Below, piece after piece: positions 1 through 12,599 of a stretch of DNA of 64,000 bases. The notes under the pieces are model-generated. The model searched no databases, was not told where the DNA came from, and saw only the letters and a list, made by a program, of their open reading frames with translations. A program made the translations under genes and the position numbers. Source of the DNA: Squalus acanthias (Eukaryota). Positions within the stretch are counted from its first letter, which is position 1, and each line of letters begins with the position of its first letter. The stretch lies in NCBI GenBank assembly GCA_030390025.1, contig CM059431.1:138076001-138140000 (forward strand), given 5' to 3'.

Positions 1-194
1 TCATTAATATATATCAAGAAAATCAGTGGTCCGCGAACGGACCCCTGGGGAACACCACTATATACCGTCCTCTGGTCCGAAAAAGAACCGTTCACCGCTA
101 TTCTCAGTTTCCTTTCACCTAGCCAATTTAGTATCCATGCTGCCAATGTCCATTATATTCCATTAGCTTCAACTTTCTACAAAGCCTATTATGT
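1..194 (-). mobile_element. Old CR1-like LINE RT fragment (host element O, left part)
   Basis: Minus strand encodes a GVPQGSVRGPLIFLIYIND-like RT motif; the element resumes at 10557 after TSD ctattatgt (186-194 / 10557-10565). Confidence 0.8.
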
Positions 195-2117
195 AATGAG
201 AAAGGATTAATTAGCAATCTTGTTGTGCGAGGCCCCTTGGGGAGGGGCGATCATAATATGATAGAATTCTTCATTAAAATGGAGAGTGAAGTAGTTAACT
301 CAGAGACTAGGGTCCTGAATTTGAATAAAGGAAACTACGATGGTATGAGGCACGAGTTGGCTAGGATGGTATGGGAAAGGTTACTTAAAGGGTTGACGGT
401 GGTTAGGCAATGGCAAACATTTAAAGATCGCATGGATGAACTACAGAATTGGTTCATCCCTGTTTAGCATAAAGATAAAACAAAAACGGTGACACAAACG
501 TGGCTAACAAGGGAAATTAAGGATAGCATGAAATCCAATGAGAGGACATATAATTTGGCCAGAAAAAGCAGCAAACCTGAGGACTGGGAGCAGTTTAGGA
601 TTCAGCAAACGAGGACAATGGGATTAATTAAAAGTGGGAAAATAGATTGTGAGAGTAAGCTTTCAGGGAACATAAAAACTGACTGTAAAAGCTTCTATAA
701 ATATGTGAAGAGAAAAAGATTGGTGATGTCAAGTGTAGGTCCCTTGCAGTCAGAATCAGGGGATTTATAATGGAGAACAAAGAAATGGCAGACCAATTAA
801 TTACATACTTTGGTTCTGTCTGAACAAAGGAGGACACAAATAACCTCCCAGAGATGTCGGCGAACATAGGGTCTAATGAGCGGGAGGAATTGAATGAATT
901 CAGTATTTGTAGGTAAATGCTGTTAGGGAAATTGACGGGATTGAAGGCCGATGAATCCCGAGGGCCTGATAATCTACATCGGGATTGATAGTATGGTACT
1001 GTCTTGGATAGAGAACTGATTGGCAGACAGGAAGCAAAGAGTTGGCCCTCGAAATAGTAGATGGATTGCTGCTCATCTTCCAAAATTCTATAGACTCTGG
1101 AACAGTTCCCATTGATTGGAGGATAGCTAATGTTACCCCACTATTTAAAAAAGGTGGTCGAGAGAAAACGGGGAATTTTCGACCGGTAAGTCTGACATCG
1201 GAAGTGGGGAAAATGCAAGAGTCCATTATAAAAGATGTAATAGTAGAGCGCTTGGAAAACAGTGACAGGATCGGACAATGTCAACATGGATATACAAAAG
1301 GTAAATCATGCTTCACTAATCTACTGGAATTTTTTGAGGATGTAACTGATAGAATAGATAAGGGAGAACCAGTGGATGTGGTGTATTTGGACTTTCAGAA
1401 GGCTTTCGATAAGGTCCCGCAATATAGATTAGCGTGCAAAGTTAAAGCACACGGGATTGATAGTATGGTACTGTCTTGGATAGAGAACTGATTGGCAGAC
1501 AGGAAGCAAAGAGTTGGAATAAACGGGACTTTTTCCGAGTGACAGGCAGCGACTAGTGGGGTACCGCAGGGATCGGTGCAAGGACCCCAGCTATTCACAA
1601 TATATATAAATGATCTAGACGAGGGAAGTAGATGTAATATCTCCAAGTTTGCAGATGAAACAATGCTGGTTGGGCGTGTGTGCTGTGAGGAGGATACAGA
1701 GAAACTCCAGTATGATTTGGACAGGTTGGGTGATTGGGCAGATACATGCCAAATGCAGTATAATGTGGATAAATGCGAGGTTATCCACTTCGTTGGCAAA
1801 AACAGGAAGACAGATTATTATCTGAACGCCAATAGATTGGGAAAGGGGAAGTACAAGGAGACCTGGGTGTCCTTGTGCACCAGTCGCTGTAAGTATGCAT
1901 GCAAGTGCAGCAGACGTTTAAGAAGACAAATGGTATGTTGGCTATCATAGCGAGAGGATTCGAGTACAGGAGCAAGGACCCTGCAGTTGTACAGGGCCTT
2001 GATGAGATCACACCTTGAGTATTGTGTGCAGTTTTGGTCACTTTATTTGAGGAAGGCTGTTCTTGCCATGGAGAGAGTGCAGCGAAGATTCACCAGACTG
2101 ATACCTGGGATGGCAGG
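195..2117 (+). mobile_element. 5'-truncated CR1 LINE (element A, 5' part), degenerate ORF2
   Basis: ORF pieces with SDHNMIEF-like, [13 protein letters not shown] and FADE motifs, plus stops and frameshifts; breaks at RLIPGMAG and resumes at 10098. Confidence 0.9.
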
Positions 2118-3066
2118 CAAAAAATACTATGGAGGAGGAATTCCTACAGTGTTTACGGGATGGTTTTATGGAACAATATTTCGAGGAACCAAACAGAGAT
2201 CAGGCCATCTTAGACTGGGTATTATGTAACGAGAAAGGATTAATTAGCAATCTTGTTGTACGAGGCCCCTTGGGTCAGAGTGATCATAATATGATAGAAT
2301 TCTTCATTAGGATGGAGAGTGAAGTAGTTGAATCAGAGACTAGGGTCCTGAAATTAAATAAAGGAAACTGCGATGGTATGAGGCTTGAATTGGGTAGGAT
2401 TGATTGGGGAATGTCACTCAAAAGGTTGACGGTGGATAGGCAATGGCAAACATTCAAAGACTGCATGGATGAACTACAGAATTTGTTTATCACAGTTTGG
2501 CATAAGAATAAAACTAAAAGGGTGACTCAACCGTGGCTAACAAGGGAAATTAGGGATAGCATAAGATCCAATGAGAGGGCATATAAATTGGCCAGATAAA
2601 GCGGTAACCCTGAGGATTGGGAGCAGTTCAGGATTCAACAAAGGAGGACAAAGGGATTAATTAAGAAGGGGAAAATAGAATATGAAAGTAAGCTTGGAGA
2701 GAACATAAAAACTGACTGTAAAAGCTTTTATAGATATGTGAAGAGAAAAAGATTAGTGAAATCAAATGTAGGTCCCTTGCAGTCAGAAGCGTGGGAAGTT
2801 ATAATGGGTAACAAAGAAATGGCAGACCAATTAAATGCATATTTTGGTTCTGTCTTCACAAAGGAGGACACAAATAACCTCCCAGAGATGTTGGAGAACA
2901 TAGGGTACAATGAAAGGGAGGAATTGAAAGAATTCAGTATTTGCAGGGAAATGGTGTTAGGGGAATTGACGGGATTGAAGGCCGATAAATCGCCAGGGCC
3001 TGATAATCTACATCCTAGGGTACTTAAGGAAGTGGCCCTAGAAATAGTAGATGCATTGCTGATCAT
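2118..3066 (+). mobile_element. 5'-truncated CR1 LINE (element B, 5' part) inserted in A
   Basis: ORF2 fragment from the end of the endonuclease to VDALLI; resumes at 8583 after TSD atcat. Confidence 0.9.
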
Positions 3067-6000
3067 AGAAACATAGAAACATAGAAAATAGGTGCAGGAG
3101 TAGACCATTCGGTTCTTCGAGCCTGCACCGCCATTCAATGCGTTCATGGCTGAACATGCTACCTCAGTACCCCATTCCTGCTTTCTCGCCATACTCCTTG
3201 CTCCCCCTAGTTGTGAGTATTATATCTAACTCCCTTTTGAATATATTTAGCGAACTGGCCTCAACAACCTTCTGTGGTAGAGAATTCCACAGATTCACCA
3301 CTCTCTGGGTGAAGAAGTTCCTCCTCATCTCAGTCTTAAATGGCTTCCCCTTTATCCTTAGACTGTGACCCCTGGTTTTAGTTTTCCCTAACATTGGAAA
3401 CATTCTGCCCGCATCTAATTTGTCTAAACCAGTCAGGATTTTAAACGTCTCTATAAGATCCCCCCTCATTCTTCTGAACTCCAGAGGATACAAGTTCAGT
3501 TGATCCAGTCTTTCTTGATATGTCAGTCTGGCCATCCCAGGAATCAATCTAGTGAACCTTCGTTGCACTCCCTCAATAGCAAGAATGTCCTTCCTCAAGT
3601 TAGGAGACCAAAACTGCACTCATTACTCCAGGTGTGGCCTCACCAAGGCCCTGTACAACTGTAGCATCACCTCCCTACTCCTGTACTCAAATCCCCTTGC
3701 TATGAATGAAATCATGCCAATTGCTTTCTTGACTGCCTGCTGCACTTGCCTTCCCACCTTCAGTGACTGATGCACCATGACGCCCAGGTCTCGTTGCACC
3801 TCCCCTTTCCCTAATCTGCCACCATTCAGGTAATAGTCTGCCTCCCTATTTTTACCACCAAAGTGGATAACCTCACATTTATCCACATTGTACTTCATCT
3901 GCCATACATTTTCCCATTCACCCAACCTGTCCAAGTCACTCTGTAGCCTCCTAGCATCCTCCTCATTGTTCACACTGCCTCCCAATTTAGTGTCATCCGC
4001 AAATTTGGAGATATCACAATTAATCCCTTCGTCCAAGTCATTAATATATAATGTAAACAGCTGGGGCCCCAGCACCGAACCCTGCGGTACCCCGCTGGTC
4101 ACTGCCTGCCATTCTGAAAAGTACCCATTTACTCCTACTCTTTGTTTCCTGTGTGCCAACCAGTTCTCAATCCACGTCAACACTTTACCCCCAATCCCAT
4201 GTGCTTTAACTTTGCACACCAATCTCTTGTGTGGGACCTTGTCGAAGGCCTTCTGAAAGTCCAAATACACCACATCTACTGGTTCCCCCCCGTCCACCCT
4301 ATTGGAAACATCCTCAAAAAATTCCAGAAGATTTGTCAAGCATGATTTCCCTATCACAAATCCATGCTGACTTGGACCTATCATGTCGCCACTTTCCAAA
4401 TGGTCTGTTATGACATCTTTAATAATTGATTCCATCATTTTACCCACCACCGATGTCAGGCTGACCGGTCTATAATTCCCTGCTTTCTCCATCCCTCCTT
4501 TTTTAAAAAGAGGGGTTACATTAGCCACCCTCCACTCCTTCGGAACTGATCCAGAGTCTAAGGAATGTTGGAAAATGAATGGCAATGCATCCATTATTTC
4601 CAAGGCCACCTCCTTAAGTACTCTGGGATGCAGACCATCAGGTCCTGGGGATTTATCAGCCTTCAGTCCCATCAATTTCCCCAACACCTTTTCCCGACTG
4701 ATAAGGATTTCCCTCAGCTCCTCCCTCTTACCAGAGCCTTTGATCTCTTTTATTTCCGTAAGGTTGTTTGTGCCCTCCACAGTAAACACCGAACCAAATA
4801 CTTGTTCAATTGATCTGCCAGTTCTTTGTTCCCCATTATGACTTCCCCTGTTTCTGACTGCAGGGGACCAACGTTTGTTTTTACTAACCTCTCTCTTTTT
4901 ACATATTTATAGAAGCTTTTGCAGTCCGTTTTAATGTTCTCCGCAAGCTTCCTTTCATATTTTATTGTCCCTGCACTAATCAAACCCTTCGTCCTCCTCT
5001 GCTGAGTTTTAAAGTTCTCCCAGTCCCCGGGTTTGCTGCTACTTCTGGCCAATTTGTATGCCACTTCCTTGCTTTTAATACTATCCCTGATTTCCCTTGT
5101 TAGCCATAGTTGAGCCACCTTCCCTTTTTTATTTTTACACCAGACAGTGATGTACAATTGCTGTAGTTCATCCATGCGATCTCTAAATGTCTGCCATTGC
5201 CCTTCCACTGATAACCCCTTAAATATCGCTTGCCAATCTAACCTCGCCAATTCACGCCTCATACCCTCAAAGTTGCCATTATTTAAGTTCTGGACATTGG
5301 TCTCTGAATTAACTGTTTCCTTCTCCATCCTAATGTAGAACTCCACCATACTATGGTCACTCTTCCCCAAGGGGCCTCACACCACAAGATTGCTGATTAG
5401 TCATTCATAAGAACATAAGAACATAAGAAGTAGGAGCAGGAGTAGGCCATACGACCCTTCGGGCCTGCTCCGCCATTCAATAGGATCATGGCTGATCCGA
5501 ACCTAGACTCACGTCCACTTCCCTGCCCGCTCCCCATAACCCTTCATTCCCTTATCAGCTAGGAAACTGTCTATCTTCGTTTTAAATTTATTTAATGTTG
5601 CAGCTTCCACAGCTTTCCCAGGTAGCAAATTCCATAGATTTACTACCCTCTGAGTGAAGAAGTTTCTCCTCATCTCAGTTTTGAAACAGCAGCCCCTTAT
5701 TCTAAGATTATGCCCCCTAGTTCTAGTCTCACCCATCAGTGGAAACATCCTCCCTGCATCCACCCGATCAAGCCCCCTCACAATCTTATATGTTTCGATA
5801 TGATCGCCTCTCATTCTTCTGTATTCCAATGAGTATAGGCCCAACCTACTCAACCTTTCCTCATAAGTCAACCCCCTCATCTCTGGAATCAACCGAGTGA
5901 ACCTTCTCTGAACTGCCTCTAGAACAAGTATATCTTTTCTTAAATATGGAAACCAAAACTGTACGCAGTATTCCAGGTGTGGCCTCACCAGTACCCTGTA

Positions 6001-8582
6001 TAGCTGAAGCAAGACTTCCCTGCTTTTATACTCCATCCCCCTTGCAATAAAAGCCAAGATTCCATTGGCCTTCCTGATCACCTGCTGTACCTGCATACTA
6101 ACCTTCTGTGTTGCATGCACCAGGACCCCCCAGATCCCTTTGTACTGTAGCACTTTGCAGTTTCTTTCCATTTAGAAAATAACTTGCTCTTTTGATTTTT
6201 TTCTGCCAAAGTGCATAACCTCACACTTTCCAACATTATATTCCATCTGCCAAATTTCTGCGCACTCACTTAGCCTGCCTATGTCCTTTTGCAGGTTTTT
6301 TATGCCGAGTTTTTTGGATGAGCTCAAGTTTTACGGAGGCCAGAACAAATGGGAGGCCGGGCCAGGAGCGCGTTGGAATAGTCCTGTCCAGCGTTACGAG
6401 TTTCTGTGGCTTCCGAATGCAGCTGTGGTTGCAAGGCTGAAAATATTTCGCATTGAAATGACACATTCCTCATTACACAACACCCAGTCCAGGATGGCCT
6501 CCCCTCTAGTTGGTTCCTCAACATATTGGTTTAGGAAACCATCCCTTAAACACTCTAGGAAATCCTCCTCCACCATATTGCTTCTAGTTTGAGTAGCACA
6601 ATCTATATGCATATTAAAGTCACCCATGATAACTGCTGCGCCTTGTTTGCATGTACCTCTGATTTCCTGTTTCATACCCTCCCCCACCTCACTACTACTG
6701 TTTGGAGGTCTGTACACAACCCCCACTAACGTTTTCTGCCCTTTGGTGTTCTGCAGCTCAACCCATATTGATTCCACATCCTCCATGCTAATGTCCTTCC
6801 TAGCTATTGCATTAATCTCCTTTTTAACCAGCAATGCTACCCCACCCCCTTTTCCTTTTATTCTATCCTTCCTGAATGTTGAATACCCCTGGATATTCAG
6901 TTCACAGCCTTGATTGTTCTGGAGCCACGTCTCTGTAATCCCAATCACATCATATCCGTTAACATCAATTTGCACAGTCAATTCATCCACCTTATTACGG
7001 ATACTCGTTGCATTAAGACACAGAGCCTTTAGGCTTGTTTTATTAACAGCCTTTGTCCTTTTAGACTTATGATTTACTATGGCCCTTTGTGTTTCTTGCC
7101 TTTGTTTACTCGGATTTCCCTTATTGTTTCTCACCCTTCTAACATTTGTTTCTGACTGCATATTACTTCCCCCTGTTTCGCTACATAGGTTCCCATTCCC
7201 CTACCATATTAGTTTAAATCCTCCCGAACTGCCTTAGCAAATATTACCCCGAGGACATCGGTTCCAGTCCTGCCCAAGTGCAGACCGTCCCTTTTGTACA
7301 GGTCCCACTTCCCCCAGAACTGGTTCCAATGCCTCAGGTATTTGAATCCCTCCCTCCTGCACCACTGCTCAAGCCACGTATTTAATCTCGCTATCCTGTT
7401 CATGCTACTCTGATTAGCACGTGGCACTGGTAGCAACCCAGAGATTACTACCTTTGAGGTCCTACTTTTCAATTTAGCTCCTTGCTCCCTAAATTCTGCT
7501 TGTAGGACCTCTTCCCGGTTTTTACCTATATCGTTGGTACCTACATGCACCACGACAGCTGGCTCTTCACCCTCCCTTTCCAGAATGTTCTGCAGCCGCT
7601 CCGAGACATCCTTGACCCTTGCACCAGGGAGGCAACATACCATCCTGGAATCTCGGTTGCGGCCACAGAAACTCCTGTCTATTCCCCTTACAATTGAGTC
7701 CCCTATCACTGTAGCTCTACCACTTTTATCCCGCCCTGCTGTGCAGCAGAGCCAGCCATGGTGCCATGAACCTGGCTGCTGGTGCCTTCCTCTGGTAGGT
7801 CATTTCCCCCAACAGTATCCAAAACGGTATATCTGTTTTGGAGGGAGACGACTGCAGCGGACTCCTGCACTACCTTCCTGATATTGCCCTGCCTCTTGGT
7901 CACCCATTTACTGTCTGACCTAGCCTTTACCCGCGGTGTGTTCAACTCACTAAATGAGTAATCCACAACGTTCTCGGCATCGTGGATGCTCCAGAGTGAG
8001 TCCATCCGCTGCTCCAGTGCCGCCATGCGGTCCGTCAGGAGCTGCAGCTGGACGCACTTCCTGCACACATAGTTGTCAGGGACACTGGAAGTGTCCCTGA
8101 TTTCCCACATAGCACAGGAGGAGCACGACACGGTTCCGAGATTTCCTGCCATGACTTAACCCTTATATTACTTTATTAAGTTAAGTCCCTGAAAACAAAA
8201 TATAAATCGAACCTACCTTTTAAATTCCCTCTACCCCTAAAGGTTAGAGGAGGTGGGAGGGTGGGAGACACTACTAGTGTAGTGTCTCCTGTTTAGCAAC
8301 AGCTCCCCCTATATACGGTTACCAATGAATTGGCCCCGCCCTCTGACTTTGACCCCTGCTGATTGATTAGAAAACTGGTTTCCACTGCCTGCTGTGCCAA
8401 TTTACTGCTACTGCAGTGTAACCTTGTTTTACTCTTCTTAAACCAACAGAATCCCAAATAGTTAACTTTTCCCCTTCACTTAAACTGCTTAAGTACTCTT
8501 ATCAAGAATGATTAAAAGAGAACTAACAATTAAAGAACTACTCCCATTTACCCAAACTCACAGCACTCTCTGCTGACTTGCA
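3067..8582 (-). mobile_element. Near full-length degenerate CR1 LINE (element C) inserted in B, interrupted by element D
   Basis: Frameshifted ORF1 (8152-7209; CxxC/CxxC and GDSI SGNH motif), ORF2 pieces 7161-3164, (TTTCTATG)n tail at 3067-3088, TSD atcat at 3062-3066 / 8583-8587; same family as 13152-17770. Confidence 0.92.
5407..6463 (-). mobile_element. 5'-truncated CR1 LINE (element D) carrying ~160 bp of non-LINE 5' sequence, inserted in C
   Basis: RT C-terminus (RPHLEYCVQFW, RNFFTQRVV), (TTCTTATG)n tail, TSD cattc at 5402-5406 / 6464-6468. Confidence 0.88.
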
Positions 8583-10097
8583 ATCATCTTCCAACATTCG
8601 ATGGAATCTGGAACTGTACCCATGGATTGGAGGGTAGCTAATGTTAGCCCACTATTCAAAAAAGGGTGGTAGAGAGAAAGCGGGGAATTACAGACCGGTA
8701 AGCCTGACATCGGAAGTGGGGAAAATGCTAGAGTCCATTATAAAGGATGTAATAGCTGAGCACTTGGAAAACAGTGACAGGATCGGACAAAGTCAACATG
8801 GATTTACAAAAGGTAAATCGTGCTTGACAAATCTACTGGAATTTTTTGTGGATGTAACTGGGAAAATAGATAAGGGAGAACCAGTAGATGTGGTGTATTT
8901 GGACTTTCAAAAGGCTTTCGATAAGGTCCCGCATAAGAGATTAGCGTGTAAAGTTAAAGCACATGGGATTGGGGCAAGGTATTGACTTGGATAGAGAACT
9001 GGTTGGCGGACATAAAGCAGAGAGCAGGAATTAATGGGTACTTTTCCGAGTGGCAGGCAGTGACTAGTGGGGTACCGCAGGGATCGGTCCTTGGACCCCA
9101 GCTATTCACAATATACATTAATGATCTAGATAAGGGAACTAAATGTAATATCTCCAAGTTTGCAGATGACATAAAGCTGGGTGAGCGTGTGTGCTGCGAG
9201 GAGGATACCGAGAAACTCCAGGATGATTTGGACAGATTGGGTGAGTGGGCAGAAGCGAGCCAGATGCAATATAACGTGGATAAATGCGAGGTTATCCACT
9301 TTGGGGTCAAAAACAGAATGCAGACTATTATCTGAAAGGCAATAGATTGGGAGAAGGGGAACTGCAACGAGACCTGGGGGTCTTTGTGCACCAGTCGCTG
9401 AAGGTAAGCATGCTGGTGTTGCAGACGGTGAAGAACGCAAATGGTATGTTGGCCTTCATAGCGAAAGGGTTTGAGTATAGGAACAGGGATGTCCTGCTGC
9501 AGTTGTACAGGGCCTTGGCGAGACCACACCTTGAGTACTGTGTGCAGTTTTGGTCGCCTTATCTGAGGAAGGATGATCTTGCCATGGAAGGAGTTCAGCG
9601 AAGATTCACAAGGCTGATACCTGAGATGGCAGGAATGACATATGAGGAGAGATTGGGTCGATTGGGCTTATACTTGCTGGAGTATAGAAGAATGAGAGTG
9701 GATCTCATAGAAACATATAAAATTCTGACAGGTCTGGACAAACTAGATGCAGGAAGAATGTTCCCGATGGTCGGAGAGTCCAGAACCAGTGGTCATAATC
9801 TAAGGATAAAGGGCAAGCTATTTAGGACAGAAATGAGGGAGAATTTCTTCACCCAGAGAGTGGTGAACCTGTGGAATTCTCTACCACAGAAGTTAGTTGA
9901 GGCCAAGTCATTAAATATATTCAAGAATGAGTTAGATATATTTCATAAAGCTAAACGTATCAAGGGATATGGGGAGAAGGCAGGTACAGGGTACTGAGTT
10001 TGGTTGATCAGCCATGATCTCATCGAATGGCGGAGCAGGCTCGAGGGGCCGAATGGCCTACTCCTGCTCCTATCTTCTTTGTTTCTATGTTTCTATG
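8583..10097 (+). mobile_element. CR1 LINE element B, 3' part
   Basis: RT with GVPQGSVLGP and FADD, frameshifted; 3'UTR and (TTTCTATG)n tail ending at 10097. Confidence 0.92.
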
Positions 10098-10560
10098 AAT
10101 GACGTATGAGGAGAGATTGGGATGATTGGGCTTATATTCGCTAGAGTTTAGAAGAATGAGAAGGGATCTCATTGAAACTTATAAAATTCTAACAGGACTA
10201 GACAAACTAGAAGCAGGATTGATGTTCCCGATGGCGGGGGAGTCCAGAACCAGGGGTCACAGTCTAAGGATAAGGGGTAAGCCATTTAGGACTGAGATGA
10301 GGAGGAATTTATTCACCCAGGGAGTGGTGAACCTGTGGAATTCTTTACCACACAAGGCAGTTGAGGCCAATTCATGAAATATATTCATGAAGGATTTAGA
10401 TATATTTCTTAAGGCTAAAGGGATCAAGGGATAAGGAGAGAAAGCAGGGACAGGGTACTGAATTTGTATGATCTGCCGTGATCTCATTAAATGGCGGAAC
10501 AGGCTCGAGGGGCCGAATGGCCTAATCCTGCTCCTATCTTCTATGTTTCTATGTTTCTAT
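10098..10560 (+). mobile_element. CR1 LINE element A, 3' part
   Basis: Resumes at MTYEERL, exactly where A broke at 2117; ends in a (TTTCTATG)n tail. Confidence 0.9.
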
Positions 10561-11395
10561 TATGTGGCACTTTCACAAACGCATTTTCGAAATCCATGTA
10601 CCCGACGTCAACCGCATTACCCTCATCAAAACGTTCTGATACCTCATCAATTAACTCAATTAAGTTGGTTAAACACGATTTGCCATTAACAAATCCGTGC
10701 TGGCTTTCCTTAATTAATCGACACCTATCGAAGTTACTGCTAAGTTTGTCCCTGATTACTATTTCTAAATGCTTCCCACTACCGAGGTTAAACGGACTGG
10801 CCTATTGTTGCTGGGTTTATCCATACACACGTTTTTAAAAATAGTGTAACATTTGCAATTCTCAAGTCCTCTGGCACCACCCCCGTATCTATGGAGGTTA
10901 GGAATATTATGGCCAGTACCTCCGCGATTTCTGCACTCAATTCCCTCAATAACGTGGGATGCATCCCATCCGCACCTGGTGATTTATCTACTTTAATAGA
11001 GCCAGCCTTTCTAATTCCTCGTCTTTATCAATTTTTATTATAGCAAATGTTCCACTACCTCCTCCTTCACTATGTCTATGTCAGCAACCTCTTCCTTGGT
11101 GAAGACAGAGACAAAGTACTCGTTTATTACCTCAGCCATACGCTTTGTCTCCATGCCTAGGTCTCCTTTTAGGTCCCTAATTGGCCCCACCCCTCCTCTT
11201 ACTACCCTTTTACTATTTATATGCCTATAGAAGACTTTAGGATTACCTATTATGTTAGTTGCCATTCTATTCTCATGTCGTCTTTTTCCCCTCTTATTTT
11301 CTTTTTCACTTCTCCTCTTCACATTCTATATATAGCCAGGTTCGTTTATGTCTTTGCAACCTGATATCTGCCATACGAGATCTTTTTCTGCATCA
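10557..11395 (-). mobile_element. Old CR1 LINE host element O, continuation
   Basis: Degenerate ORF2 (NPKVFYRHINSKR, NEYFVSVFTKEE); continues briefly after the LTR at ~12529-12595. Confidence 0.8.
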
Positions 11396-12528
11396 TGTAA
11401 GGGGTATCTTAAGTGAGCGGTTCGAATCATCCAACACCCCTCCGGTTCCTAGACTTTGGGCTTATTTAGGGGTTGTGAACAAAATTGCAGTAAACAGGTT
11501 CTGATGAAATAAGTTTACTTTATTGAAAGAAAAAGGTAACAAACCTGAAACACACTTATTACTTAAACACAGATTCGGGGAACACACGGTACAAGCGAGG
11601 GAAATGAAAATATATCAAACAAAACCTTATCCCTCCCAAATATCCCACTATCTGGCAAGGTTTTTGGTTTCAGGAGATCAGGGATAATGCTCACCAACGA
11701 GTCCTTGACCGGATATTAGAGTCTTTTTGTTTAAAAGGACTCCGTAAGGCCCTTGGTACTGCGAGGTGTCTGATGGCCACTGCGGCAGTCGCTCTGTTTT
11801 CTTCTTGCGTGCTGATATCCTGGCCTCCTTCCTCGTGGCTTGTGGTAAGTTTTGCTGGAGCAGGGAGAGAGAGCTGTGTTTGCGTGGTCAGTCAGTCCGA
11901 AAAGAGAGAGATTATGGCCCAGGCTTTCAAATTATACTGTATCCTTTTTCGCGCTCAAAACCCCCTGCTAAAACGAATTCCTTTTTGAATGTAAATGACC
12001 CTTTGTCTCGTTTTTGGCGGGCTGGCCAGCTCCGATCATTTTTGCATAGTGTTAATCGCTTTCCGATTTAAACACCGCCTTATCTACGCGCCAAATCTTC
12101 ACTCTATTGTCCTTCTGTTGGCGGGCTTTTAAAACGGTTCTCTGGCTTCCTGGTTGATTGTTTTTTTGGATGGGATAATGGCTATGAAACTGTGTGATCG
12201 GTTTTATATTATCAATGAATCGTTTTTAGATTTCCAGCATTTTGTTTGCCCCTGGGGATCCATATTTGAATGTGTTTCTGAGGTTATTTTGTCGACAGTT
12301 TACTGCACTGCCTGGCCACGCCCCTCTGCAGCCTGTGTGTCTGTGGAGGCGTCTTTCCCCAGTAAGATTCGAAAAGTCAGTTTCCTCAGGTTTTCTTCTT
12401 GTGATCTTTAGGTTTTTACATCAAATCACTTCACTGAGGTCCCATCATCCCAAGTTTGTATGAAAAGTCCAAAAATCACTCCCTTTAGGGCTCTGTTCGA
12501 GTTTCTGGGGGATTTTGCGAAGCCTACA
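11396..12528 (-). mobile_element. Solo LTR (~1133 bp)
   Basis: TGTA...TACA termini, 4-bp TSD atca (11392-11395 / 12529-12532), interrupts a CR1 sequence; AATAAA on the minus strand at 11519-11524 (orientation tentative). Confidence 0.8.
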
Positions 12529-12599
12529 ATCATCATATTCTCTATCTCTTTCGTCATCTCGGGAGCCCTGATTTTATTGGCCCTGCCCAGTCCTAGACT

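Noticed and set aside
11501..11520. Other CTGATGA occurrences as hammerheads (also ~20338, 22234, 51746)
   Set aside because: No stem II followed by GAAA and an NUH triplet
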